Source: Dendrobates tinctorius
Lineage: Eukaryota
DNA length: 64,000 nucleotides
Assembly: GCF_039654945.1 (NCBI RefSeq)
Contig: NW_027361728.1
Span: 12,772,001 to 12,836,000 of the forward strand
Direction: 5' to 3'
Part shown: piece by piece, positions 14,451 to 27,681 of the stretch
How the letters are laid out: each line of letters starts with the position of its first letter
Position numbering within the stretch: the first letter of the stretch is position 1
Made by a program: the position numbers and the translations under genes
Notes under the pieces: generated by a model
The model's input: the letters and a program-made list of their open reading frames with translations, nothing else
Database searches by the model: none
What the model was told of the DNA's origin: nothing

Positions 14451-14591
14451 GCAGGCATCGTCCGATGGGACTACAAGTCCCATCGGGCGATGCCTGCTAC
14501 CATGGAAGTGATTGACACATTAGCCAATGATGGGACAGTAGTAGTCCCATCATCCGGCTAATGTGTTGAATGTAAAAAAAAAAAAAAAAAT

Positions 14592-17010
14592 TACATGCTA
14601 CATACATGCAACATGCTACATACATACCACATATATACTACATGCATGCTACATACCACATATATACTACATGCATGCTACATGCAACATACATACTACA
14701 TGCATGCTACATGCAACATACATACTACATATATACTACATGCAACATACATACTACATATATACTACATGCAACATACATACTACATATATACTACATG
14801 CAACATACATACTACATATATACTACATGCAACATACATACTACATATATACTACATGCAACATACATACTACATATATACTACATGCAACATACATACT
14901 ACATATATACTACATGCAACATACATACTACATATATACTACATGCAACATACATACTACATATATACTACATGCAACATACATACTACATATATACTAC
15001 ATGCAACATACATACTACATATATACTACATGCAACATACATACTACATATATACTACATGCAACATACATACTACATATATACTACATGCAACATACAT
15101 ACTACATATATACTACATGCTACATACATACTACATATATGCTACATGCATACTACATATATACTACATGCTACATACATACTACATATATGCTACATAC
15201 ATACTACATATATACTACATGCATGCTACATACATACTGCATGCTACATACATACTGCATGCTACATACATACTGCATGCTACATACATACTGCATGCTA
15301 CATACATACTGCATGCTACATACATACTGCATGCTACATACATACTACATGCTACATACATACTGCATGCTACATACATACTACATGCTACATACATACC
15401 ACATATATACTACATACATACTACATGCATGCTACATGCTACATACATACCACATACATACTACATACATACTACATGCATGCTACATACATACTGCATG
15501 CTACATACATACTACATACTACATGCTACATACATACTACATGCTACATACATACCACATATATACTACATACATACTACATGCATGCTACATGCTACAT
15601 ACATACCACATACATACTACATACATACTACATGCATGCTACATGCATGCTACATGCTACATACATAACACATACATACTACATGCATGCTACATGCATG
15701 CTACATGCTACATACATAACACATATATACTACATGCATGCTACATACATACTACATGCTACATACATACCACATACATACTACATACATACTACATACA
15801 TACTACATGCATGCTACATACATACTACATGCTACATACATACTACATGCATGCTACATACATACATGCATGCTACATACATACTACATGCTACATACAT
15901 ACTACATGCTACATACATACTACATATATACTACATGCATGCTACATACATACTACATGCATGCTACATACATACTACATGCATGCTACATACATGCTAC
16001 ATACATACTGCATGCTACATACATACTGCATGCTACATACATACTGCATGCTACATACATACTGCATGCTACATACATACTGCATGCTACATACATACTA
16101 CATATATGCTACATACATACTACATATATGCTACATACATACTGCATGCTACATACATACTACATATATGCTACATACATACTACATATATGCTACATAC
16201 ATACTACATATATGCTACATACATACTACATATATACTACATGCATGCTACATACATACTACATGCTACATACATACCACATATATACTACATACATACT
16301 ACATATATACTACATGCAACATACATACTACATATATACTACATGCATGCAACATGCATACTACATATATACTACATGCTACATACATACTACATATATG
16401 CTACATACATACTACATATATACTACATGCATGCTACATACATACTGCATGCTACATACATACTGCATGCTACATACATACTACATGCTACATACATACT
16501 ACATATATGCTACATACATACTACATGCATGCTACATATATACTACATGCATGCTACATACATACTGCATGCTACATACATACCACATATATACTACATA
16601 CATACTACATGCATGCTACATACATACCACATACATACTACATACATACTACATGCATGCTACATGCTACATACATAACACATATATACTACATGCATGC
16701 TACATACATACTACATGCTACATACATACCACATACATACCACATACATACTACATACATACTACATACATACTACATGCTACATACATACTACATATAT
16801 ACTACATGCATGCTACATACATACTACATACATACATATATACTACATGCATGCTACATACATACTACATACATACTACATGCATGCTACATACTACATG
16901 CTACATACATACTACATATATACTACATGCATGCTACATACATACTGCATGCTACATACATACTACATGCTACATACATACCACATATATACTACATACA
17001 TACTACATAC
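14592..17010. repeat. Complex TACA/TGCA/TACTACA satellite, left arm of the palindrome
   Basis: Built from 4-mers and 7-mers, with a homogeneous 29-bp run (~14704-15117) and an 18-bp run (~15233-15340). Confidence 0.95.
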
Positions 17011-17689
17011 AATACATTCATACAATACATACATAGACATACAGTACATATAACATAGAGTAACATACTTACCAATACTTGTCACATTGTTCCCCGAAGC
17101 CATTGTCTTTTACGGAATAAATATTAACATAACAAACCACAAAAATACTCACCCACGATCCGAAGCAGTCCACGAGTGTGTCCCACGACGATCTTGGGTA
17201 GAGAACTGCAGCATCAGCTGATGCTGCCGTTCTCTACGGGCTGCAGGAATCCAATGACGGAAGGTAGGTATCCTTCCGCACTGTATTCCTCCGCCACTTA
17301 AAAAAAAAAAAAAGTCCCTAGTCTCACTTTATGCCATTGCTGTGTGGGAATTTCCCACGCAGCAATGGCATAAAGTGAGACTAGGGACTTTTTTTTTTTT
17401 TTTAAGTGGCGGAGGAATACAGTGCGGAAGGATACCTACCTTCCGTCATTGGATTCCTGCAGCCCGTAGAGAACGGCAGCATCAGCTGATGCTGCAGTTC
17501 TCTACCCAAGATCGTCGTGGGACACACTCGTGGACTGCTTCGGATCGTGGGTGAGTATTTTTGTGGTTTGTTAGGTTAATATTTATTCCGTAAAAGACAA
17601 TGGCTTCGGGGAACAATGTGACAAGTATTGGTAAGTATGTTACTCTATGTTATATGTACTGTATGTCTATGTATGTATTGTATGAATGT

Positions 17690-19325
17690 ATTGTATGTAG
17701 TATGTATGTAGTATATATGTGGTATGTATGTAGCATGTAGTATGTATGTAGTATGTATGTAGCATGCATGTAGCATGCAGTATGTATGTAGCATGCATGT
17801 AGTATATATGTAGTATGTATGTAGCATGTAGCATGTAGTATGTATGTGGTATGTATGTAGCATGTAGTATGTATGTAGCATGCATGTAGTATGTATGTAG
17901 TATATATGTAGTATGTATGTAGCATGTAGTATGTATGTAGCATGCATGTAGTATATATGTAGTATGTATGTAGCATGTAGTATGTATGTAGCATGTATGT
18001 AGTATGTATGTAGTATATATGTAGTATGTATGTAGCATGTAGTATGTATGTAGCATGCATGTAGTATATGTGTTATGTATGTAGCATGCATGTAGTATGT
18101 ATGTAGTATGTATGTAGCATGCATGTAGTATGCATGTAGTATATATGTGGTATGTATGTAGTATGTATGTAGTATGTATGTAGTATGTATGTAGCATGCA
18201 TGTAGTATGTATGTAGTATATATGTGGTATGTATGTAGTATGTATGTAGTATGTATGTAGCATGCAGTATGTATGTAGCATGCATGTAGTATATATGTAG
18301 TATGTATGTAGCATGTAGTATGCATGTAGCATGCATGTAGTATATATGTGTTATGTATGTAGCATGCATGTAGTATGTATGTAGTATGTATGTAGTATGT
18401 ATGTAGCATGCATGTAGTATGTATGTGGTATATATGTGGTATGTATGTGGTATGTATGTAGTATGTATGTAGTATGTATGTAGTATGTATGTAGTATGTA
18501 TCAGGGCTGTGGAGTCGGAGTCGTGGAGTCGGAGTCGTGGAGTCGGAGCTCATTTTGGTGGAGTCGGAGTTGGAGTCGGTATAAAATGGACCGACTCCGA
18601 CTCCTAAAATATTTAATAAATTGGGTACAGTAATTCAATGCAGGATGTGCTGAATATTTTTTCATAGGAATTTGGGAAAGTTATGAAATGTCCTATAAAT
18701 GGCTGTTATATTCCTGATCAAAGGCTACATTCACACAGCGTTTTTCCTGTGTTTTTTGAGGATACGTTTTTCAGCTGCAAAAGCAGATCATCTTTTTAAA
18801 AAACTGCATCACCTGAAAGGTTTTTGAGCTCATAGATAATGTTTTCAATAGCAAAAGCAGATTAGAAATCTGCTCTATCCATTTATCCATATCTGTCTAT
18901 CCATATCGTATCTGTACCAAAAAGAATGAAAACTGGGTAGTACACCAATATATATTCTGTTCTATATAAATATCTTGATTATTGGATCATAAAAATGATT
19001 AAATGTCTGAGTTTCACATTGTACTACAATAAATTTTTCACTTAAATATAAGCAATATGTGTGGGAGTCGGAGTCGGAGTCGTAGTCGGAGTTGGAGTCG
19101 GTGTAAGGGAAATTGAGGAGTCGGAGTCGGAGTTGCAGGTTTGGCTTACCGACTCCACAGCCCTGGTATGTATGTAGCATGCATGTAGTATGTATGTAGT
19201 ATATATGTGGTATGTATGTAGTATGTATGTAGCATGCAGTATGTATGTAGCATGCATGTAGTATATATGTAGTATGTATGTAGCATGTAGTATGTATGTA
19301 GCATGCATGTAGTATGTATGTAGTA
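17690..19325. repeat. Reverse-complement copy of the same satellite (right arm), split by a MITE
   Basis: TGTA/TGCA/TGTAGTA units, interrupted at 18502-19165. Confidence 0.95.
18502..19165 (+). mobile_element. hAT MITE (CAGGGCTGTGGAGTCGG family)
   Basis: TIRs CAGGGCTGTGGAGTCGG / CCGACTCCACAGCCCTG, 8-bp TSD GTATGTAT, subterminal (GGAGTC)n. Confidence 0.93.
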
Positions 19326-20426
19326 TTTTTTTTTTTTTTTTTTAACATTTAACACATTAGCCGGATGATGGGACTACTACTGTCCCATCATTGGCTAATG
19401 TGTCAATCACTGTCATGGTAGCAGGCATCGCCAGATGGGACTTATAGTCCCATCGGACGATGCTTGCACAGACCCCCGGACATCAGCACAGCCCCCCGGC
19501 AGGCCGGCACAGCCCCCCGGCAGGCCGGTACAGACCCCCACAGGGTGCACAGACCACCGGCAGGCCGGCACAGCCCCCCGGCAGGCCGGTACAGACCCCC
19601 ACAGGGTGCACAGACCACCGGCAGGCTGGCACAGCCCCCCGGCAGGCCGGTACAGACCCCGGGCAGTCCACACAGCCCCCCGGCAGGCCGGCAGAGACCC
19701 CCGGAAGGCCCGAAATGACGGCGCATCATGATGCGCACACACCGCGCATCATGATGACGTCATTTCGGCTGTCAATCAACTTTGAACTTCCGATTCCGAT
19801 GCCGACTTCCGATACTGAAAAAATATCGGAAGTCGGTATCGGAATTCCGATACAGCAAGTATCGGCCGATACCCGATACTTGCGGTATCGGAATGCTCAA
19901 CACTAGTAACAGCAGAGGTGATGTAAAATTAGAATGTAACAGGGGGTGCTGTGCAGATCTGTATATTGTACAAGCATATCATGATAAAGAATGAGGATTG
20001 CATTCTTTGTATTGCAGAAAGAACACAAAGGAGCTGCATAGCCCAAATAAAAAAATGCCCAAAATGCTGCAAAATAATAAAGGGTTACTTATGTAATTAC
20101 TTATTCCTTGCAGCACCTGCTCAAATGCAGCCAAGGTCCCCCATCGGTCTCTGTGTTTCTGTTCCGTTAAGATGGACATGTGACCATTGTCAACAATGAC
20201 TAGTCACAACCGTGCTGAATTAGTCACTTCTGACACAAATTAACTGGAACCTGGAACGTATTTCTAGCTCAAATGATAGTTAAATGCAGCTTAACCTTAA
20301 TTTTATTATGCAAATTGCCTCTGCAGAGAGGAAGAGTACTTTAACTCTAGTGTCACCTATTGGAAGACGCAATCCTACAAGTCATTATCGACAAACAACG
20401 AGACTTGCCATATGACTTAGGATAAA

Positions 20427-20511
20427 AGCCAAACCAGAATCTCAATTTAGAGACATGGTGTTTTGGGGCATTGCCCCTCATCAGTGCAAAGTATGAGATC
20501 TGATTTGGCTA
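20427..20511 (-). ncRNA. Degenerate type I hammerhead ribozyme motif inside a short repeat
   Basis: Minus strand reads TTTGCA-CTGATGA-GGGGC AAT GCCCC-AAAA-CA CCA TG-TC-TCTAAA. Stem I is extended by AGCCAAATCAGATCTCA / TGAGATTCTGGTTTGGCT. G12 is replaced by A. Confidence 0.7.
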
Positions 20512-23036
20512 GGTGTTTCCCCTTAAATTTAGTTACTACTGTTTATTTTTAATTAAAAAATAAAGCCCCTTACGCCTAGACCTAGTATCACTATTATTTC
20601 TACTTCTGACATTAAGAGGTCATTGACAGTGAGGATGCCATGAGTCTCTCTACCTGTCCATATGGTGTAAAAATTGTTAAATGTCATTTGTGTTGTTTTT
20701 ACAAAACAAGTGGGATGCGTTTACAACACAAACTTACAGGGGTTATAAACTTCCCACGGGTTATGCAGCTTGGATGAGATGTAAAATCTTGTCAACGTTA
20801 GTGCCACATTATGCTGCAAATTATTCCCCAGAAAAATCCACAGCATATCTGCCCTTTGTGAATTTGACTTTTGTTGTAGTACTGTCACAGGTGAATGGTT
20901 CGTGGAAGCTTGGCAGTTAATAATAAAGCTTCTACAGACAAGTTTAGTGCAATCCACTTCATTTAACAGTTCCCAGGGGTTGCTGGCCTTCATCTTTTAA
21001 TCCCTGTACAGGGATCTGGACTTACACAGGGACCCTTGGGCAGAGTACACAGAGTCAGCAGCTGACTGGTGGAGCAAGCTGGCGGCAAGGAGGATTGTCA
21101 TGCGGGGTTGATACCAAGAGTTATGGACAAAATCAGAAGTCAAGCAGGTGGCATATATAAACAGAGGTCTGAAAACTGAATAAACAAAGTAGCATAACAG
21201 GAGCTATGGATCAGAGTGACCAAATCAATCTGAATTAAATAATTGAAAGCCATAAACTGTCTGCTGGGGTTTATATAGAAAAGAGCCATACCCAATGCTT
21301 CTAGCAGAGAGTTAATTATATTAGCAGATCACTACAGCAAAACACAGATGGACAAGAACGGGACAACTAGCCTCACCAATCTGAAAGCCAAACAGCCAGG
21401 CGCTGATGGCGTTCAGCAATAATCGTATTAATGCGGTGCCGCCTAGCAACCAGGGCGGGGATTACAGCTTTCTGATAAGAAACATATGTGACAAGTACGC
21501 TGTCAGTTATTGTTATAAGGGGATGACGTGCTTTTATGGGGGAACATGTTGGCTAGCTCATGTTTAGCAAACATGTGACCCACAAAACTTAACTGGTTCA
21601 TTTATAAGAGACTACATTTTGCGTTTTATGTTCCATAATCAGGAAACCTTCATTTTGAAAGAGGGAAAATCGCGCAAATGTAGTTGGGTAAACAAAGCTC
21701 ATACATATTCAGCTAGTTGACAATCTGTGATTTAGGAGTAGCTTCTGAGAAAAAGGCACTCTACTTTTAATGTGCTACCAAAAATACAAAAAAAGCTTTT
21801 CTTTTTACCATGCAGCAATTTCCTATATCTATTCTCAACAATTGTACGGTCTAAAAAATTAATTCTTGTTTCAAATTATTAAGAATACAAAAATGATAAT
21901 CTCAGAATCCAGAAAAAAGGTAAATGCAGTACCAAGTGTAATAAATTTCTAAGTAGATGAAAGACAAATTGGATGCACAAAGCACTTACAATTAACATAA
22001 TGTACAATGCTTCTCACCCACATTGTTTTATATACGCCAACTAACAGATTAACGCCACATCACACTGCTTAGTTTTCTTGCAAAAAAAAAAAAGCTATTC
22101 ATTCCTCCAGAACAAGTTCATGGGCAACTTGATTTTGCGGATTAATTCTAATGGACCAAAGAAAAATACATAGTGAAAACATGTTCTTGCAGACTATTAG
22201 CTATAATTAATCCTACAAGGAATGAAGAAAATCACATTAGTTTGCAGATGCTGGTTCTGTAAGGTTGTAAGTAGGGCAACCCTGCTGATCAGTAAAACTA
22301 GGTAGGATAAGGAGGATTAAGGGATGTACATCTTTACGCTGATGCTGTGAATGAAGAAACCAGAAACTCAAAGTAGCTCAAGATGTGTGAAAATACTATA
22401 ACCATATTAAATAAAGTGTTCTTTATCTAAGGAAGTATAAAAGAGAAAAAAAGAAGAAAGATTATACATGTACCTCATCAGTACTGTATCACCTGGATAT
22501 ATTTATGCTCACATGCACTTGGGTTGGGGCCTCTGCATAGCAACTGCTCGTTAGATTTGTGTGTGTTAAGGTTGCTTTCACACACAGTGGTCACACTGCA
22601 GCTGAAAACCACAACCACCGTGTACCGTTGTGGTATCTCCACTATTTGCCTAGACAATCACCTAATTCCGGTAAGTCACTACCCTCTTTTGTCTTGTATT
22701 AGTTGCAGTCTTTGGCGCCAAATTCATCAAAATGGAGCAAGAGATTCATGAATTTGGCGCAAAGTCGAAAATGGTCTTTCTACATGTCTTGAGCTGGTTT
22801 TGAGTTCCAAAAAGTGGGATGTTGCAAAAAATGTGCCAACCAGGAACACCATAAGGCCAATCAAAATGGCCCCACAAATTCAGAAGCTTAGTTTGGGTTT
22901 CTATCAATGGGAAGAACATCTGTAATACAGCAACTGAAAGTCTGAAAAAAAAATCAAACGCAGCAGATCTTCTTTCAAATGAAGCCTACCATTGTTGGGC
23001 AGCAGAATCAAGATGGAGGGACCTAGAGGTAATATA

Positions 23037-24058
23037 CAACCCCTGGCAAAAATTATGGAATCACCGGCCTTGGAGGATGTTCATTCAGTTGTTTAGTTTT
23101 GTGCCATGTCTGTGATCTGCTTTTTTTCCCACAAAATTAAAGTCAATTTAAATGGCAATTTTCTGGCTTTAAGAAACACTAAAAGAAATCAAGAACAATG
23201 CAGATTCGCGATTCATCACTGAATAGGACTTTCATCCAGTTATCCACAGTCCACGACTGCTTTTCCTTAGCCCATTGTAACCTTGTTTTTTTCTGTTTAG
23301 GTGTTAATGATGGCTTTCGTTTAGCTTTTCTGTATGTAAATCCCATTTCCTTTTGGAGGTTTCTTACAGTTTGGTCACAGACGTTGACTCTAGTTTCCTC
23401 CCATTCGTTCCTCATTTGTTTTGTTGTGCATTTTCTGTTTTGGAGACATATTGCTTTAAGTTTCCGGTCTCGACGCTTTGATGTCTTTCCTTGGTCTACC
23501 AGTATGTTTGCCTTTAACAACCTTCCCATGTTGTTTGTATTTGGTCCAGATTTTAGACACAGCTAACTGTGAACAACCAACATCTTTTGCAACATTACGT
23601 AATGATTTACCCTCTTTTAAGAGTTTGATAATCCTCTCCTGTGTTTCAATTGACATCTCTCGTGTTGGAGCCATGATTCATGTCAGCCACTTGGTGCAAC
23701 AGCTCTCCAAGGTGTGCTCACTGCTTTTTAGATGCAGACTAACGAGCAGATCTAATTTGATGCAGGTGTTAAGTTTTGGGAATGAAAATTTACAGGGTGA
23801 TTCCATTATTTTTTTCCTCAGAACTGAGTGATTCCATAATTTTTTCCCTTTGCTTGGTTTAAAAAAGTAACCATTACTTACTACTACATTTTTTGTTCTT
23901 GATTTCTTTTAGTGTTTCTTAAAGCAAGAAAGTTGCCATTTGAATTGACTTTAGTTTTGTGCCATGTCTGTGATCTGCTTTTTTTTTTTTTACAAAATTA
24001 AAACAACTGAATGAACATCCTCCAAGGCCGGTGATTCCATAATTTTTGCCAGGGATTG
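23037..24058 (-). mobile_element. Internally deleted Tc1 element
   Basis: TA|CAACCCCTGGCAAAAATTATGGAATCACC ... GGTGATTCCATAATTTTTGCCAGGGATTG|TA. The frameshifted transposase N-terminus runs MAPTREMS...GRPRK...WMKVLFSDESRICI (23674-23195); the C-terminal half is missing. Confidence 0.92.
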
Positions 24059-25538
24059 TAGATAGGCCTGACTGGTCATCAGCATGTGCCACATTGTCCT
24101 ATGCAAGACTGAAAGCAAGAGACCAGGACTGCATTTCTGCTGAGAAATGAGGAGAAATAATTTCTATTAAATGCAAGTAGAGATTTTACAAACAGAAGAA
24201 TTGATACAGAGAGTGGAGAATTGTGTAAAATTCAAAATATAACATTTATTTGCAAAAACTGAAATGTTACAAAATGATGCATTAGTTACGGCTCTGGAGT
24301 ATGCTGCATTAGAAATTGCTTACTACATATTGGACAATAAAAGTTTAAACAGAGTCATGAAAAAAGTGATAAAATATTGGGTTACACGTCTCAATCAGCT
24401 GTTGGGTCGGCTTTGCTCCCTTCTCCTATGGACTATGCCCTTTACTGTGCTCCATGTCATTCTTTACCAGCTGCCCGGCGTCTCAGTGAAATCATCTCCC
24501 TATACCTTTTAGCTTCTTTGTGTTTGGACTCTGAAAACATCCCGTTTCCTCAGCTATTATCTCCTCAAACCTCTGAATTCAACCACTAGCACCTACAAGC
24601 TTTTTAACCCATCTGCTGTATGCATTATGAACTTATATTTATAGACTATTCATATTATGATGAATTAAGATTTGCCAAGTCCCATGATGTTTACAACGCA
24701 CACCTACTGACCATCAGAGACCTGCTTGTTAACCCACCGTCTGCTACCTGCTGATTTATCGTTTGCTGTACTGCTTCTTAGAGACTGTTCATGGACCGTA
24801 ACATTCAGCACTACAGTGATCTCCTGTGGTTCCTACAACTTGCATCCATCACCTGGTTCAAACATTCTGCTGACCTTGCACCAGCCAGCTTTCCTGTGAT
24901 CGTCACTCCTGGCTTCTTGGCTCCCAGTGCTGTCCTGCTCCACTTGCTTGCCATCCAGCATTGCTTATTATCCAGATCCCCAGTGCTGTGCTATCGCCAT
25001 TGGTCTGTGTGCTCACCCTGACCTGCAGCTTAGTGTGAGCCAAATACATTGGTGAACCCATATTTGTGTATAGGTCTTTTAGATGACCAGATACTATTAA
25101 TTGACAGTAATTGCACTAAAATAAAAATACCACAGGAGGCATTCATGGTTTAAAGCGGGGTTATACTTAGGACATGTACATAGGCTTTCAGCAGACAGGA
25201 CCACAGTCAGAAATTACATATTGAAAAATAAAATACCAAAACTTTAACCAAGTAGCTCTTTAATTTAAGTGATGCCTCTTTTTGTAAGGAGTGTTATCAG
25301 CTCAGCAGCAGGCTCAGCACAATGATCACATCATGCCATGGAATGCAGACACTTGTTACAGTGTTTTGACTGGATATACTATTGTTTTCTGGGAACCAAA
25401 TAGATTTTAATCTCCCCAACAGCTTCAGTCACATTCACCATTAGATTAACTGTTTCAATGCACGTCTCCATCAAACGTGAACTCCCACTAAAAACATTCC
25501 ATCTTTATTTTCAGCTTATATAAACAGACAATCCTTAA

Positions 25539-25913
25539 AGGGGTTGTCCACTACTAGGACAAACCCTTCTTAAACTAAATGTTATGACCCAATAAAATAA
25601 TGAAGCCTATACTTACATTCCGTACCGGCGCCGTTCCCGCAATATCTGCACTTGCTCTCTTCGGGTCTGTGATGCGATTGTGTGACAGGTGATGAACTGA
25701 ACATGAAGTCCAGACTGCAGCTCATCCCCAGCTTCCTTTTCATGTTCAATTTGTATGTAGACGGAGACAGTGATGCCACCGCTGATTGGGCCCTGGTGTC
25801 GCGGTGTCAACACCGCATCACAGCCCCAAGGAGTGCTGACACCGCCGAAACTGCGCCAGCATGGGAGGCGAGTATAGGCTTTACATTTGGTTTAAGAAAG
25901 GGTTGTCCAGGTG
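25539..25913. mobile_element. Kolobok/T2-like MITE, right end damaged
   Basis: TTAA|AGGGGTTGTCCACTAC, with the inverted subterminal block GGACAAACCCTTCTTAAACTAAATGT / ACATTTGGTTTAAGAAAGGGTTGTCC. Confidence 0.7.
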
Positions 25914-25920
25914 ACTTTTA

Positions 25921-26391
25921 GGCTATGTTCACACATTGCATTTTTTTTTCCAAGCAAAACATGCTCTCTTGGCAGTAAAAGAAGCTTCTTACAAAAATCA
26001 AGTTTTGCTGCGTTTTTATTGTCTCTTGCGAATGCTGAGAAAGTTTAGTGCCACCTCTCCAAAAACAAAAAACAACATGATACAACTTCCTTAGGTTTTT
26101 GCACCAAAAATGCAGCAAAACCTGACACCTGCACTTTTTGCTGCATTTTTGCACTTACTCATGGCTTACCATGGGTGAAAAAACACTACAAAAAGGTTTC
26201 AAAAACATTGTAAGTAGTGACATGTTGCTGTTTAAAAAAAACCACAGCAGTTTTCCAATTTTGTCAGGGAAAAAGAAAAAAAAACTTGTGTGCATAAGAT
26301 TTCTGAAATCTCATAGCTTTTGCTGGTACTGTAAAACGCAGCTTAAAATGTGCATAAAAAAGCAGCAAAAACACAACGTGTGAATATAGCC
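25921..26391. mobile_element. Harbinger-type MITE
   Basis: TTA|GGCTATGTTCACAC ... GTGTGAATATAGCC|TAA. Confidence 0.85.
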
Positions 26392-26913
26392 TAAGAGAAA
26401 AAAATAAGAATGCGAATAAGAATGTACAGTAGGATTGTTGTGGAAGGAGCTGAAGGCCTGATTCACGGTAATGGGACTGGCTGCACTGCCCTGCTTAGCC
26501 AGGTACACTGGTAGCTGCTGTGCATGAAAAACGTAGAAGGGGATGAAACTAAATTAGTGTTGCTGCTCCTCATTCTCAGGCATGTCTGTGGTCCCAGTGG
26601 TTGGTCCCCCCATCGATCATAAAGAGTTGGCATATTCACACAACTCTTATACTGTTGGGAAGCCATAAAGAATAAAAATAAACACTAACCTTTGTGTCTT
26701 TTGTACTCAAAATATCTGCAGGATATGGGATACAGGCAGTGTCAAGCTTCGATGCCACGAGCCCACCAGTGAAATTGATTTTGGGGCCCATTGCTCAGCT
26801 ATATGCAATATTACCTGAACCTTGTTCACAAATTTGCCTATGTTTCTATAAAATATTAAACTGGGTAGTTTGTTAAGTGAATGATAGGATGATGCCTTTG
26901 TCTAAACATGTTA

Positions 26914-27681
26914 CCGTATTTTTTGGACTATAAGACGCACCCCAAATTTTCAGAAGGAAAAAAGGGAAAAAAAAATAATGTGTCAAATGGGGGTCTGTCT
27001 TACAGTCTGAATTCAGCTTACCAGGGAAAGGATCGGCACAGGTTGAGGAGTGGTCACAGGGGTCGTTCGGTGGTCCAAGCTGATGCAGTGGCCTCCGGGA
27101 AATCCCTTCCCAGGCAGATGCGGTGGTGGTGCTCTGTGTTGCAGCGGTGCTCTGTGGAGTGACTGTGCTTTGTGCTGGGGCGGCTGGGCTCTGTGCTGGG
27201 GCAGCGCCGCTCTGTGCTAGGGCAGGGGCAGCGCCAATCTGTGCTTCTTGGCGGACCTCCGCCGGCATTTTGACAAAGCCCCGCAGCTCAATTGCTGTGA
27301 TGCAGTGGCTCTGGGAATATGGCCGCCGAGGTGGCGCATGCTCATATTCAGATCTCGGCAACGAGATCTCGGGACGAGATCTGAATCTGAGCATGCGCTG
27401 CCTCCGGTGGCCATATTCCCGGAGGCCACCGCATCAACGGAGCTGCGAGGCTTTCACGAAATGCTGGTGGAGGCCCGCCGCACTACAGAGCCCCGCCACT
27501 GCAGCACCACAGAGCACCACCGCAATACAGCCTTACCAGCCTGGGAATGGAGGCTGAGTCGGAACCGCCGCCACCGGGACCACCGCCAACACCAGATTTG
27601 TAAGTATATTCCAACCATAAGACGTACCTCCATTTCCCAAAAAAAGTGGAAAAAGTGCATCTTATGGTCCAAAAAATACGG
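26914..27681. mobile_element. Tc2/pogo-like MITE
   Basis: TA|CCGTATTTTTTGGACTATAAGACGCAC ... GTGCATCTTATGGTCCAAAAAATACGG|TA, GC-rich palindromic core; same family as 48172-48827. Confidence 0.9.

Larger units (their letters stand above)
13923..19905. mobile_element. Non-autonomous hAT-type element forming a ~6-kb palindrome
   Basis: Termini TAGAGTTGAGC ... GCTCAACACTA with an 8-bp TSD GTAACAGC (13915-13922, 19906-19913). Subterminal CCGATAC motifs; internal arms mirror around 17351. Confidence 0.9.

Noticed and set aside
13928-14561. Cys/Gly/Pro-rich ORFs, also at 19413-19906, 26873-27775 and 48088-48847
   Set aside because: GC-rich minisatellite or MITE interiors, open in many frames, with no splice or domain support.
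14563-19355. Very long His/Thr/Tyr-rich ORFs (up to 831 aa)
   Set aside because: They are translations of a TACA satellite that is nearly stop-free on one strand, open in all three frames and mirrored in the other arm.
21005-21492. Possible old solo LTRs here and at ~24480-25100
   Set aside because: LTR-like composition and TG...CA candidates, but no convincing target-site duplication.
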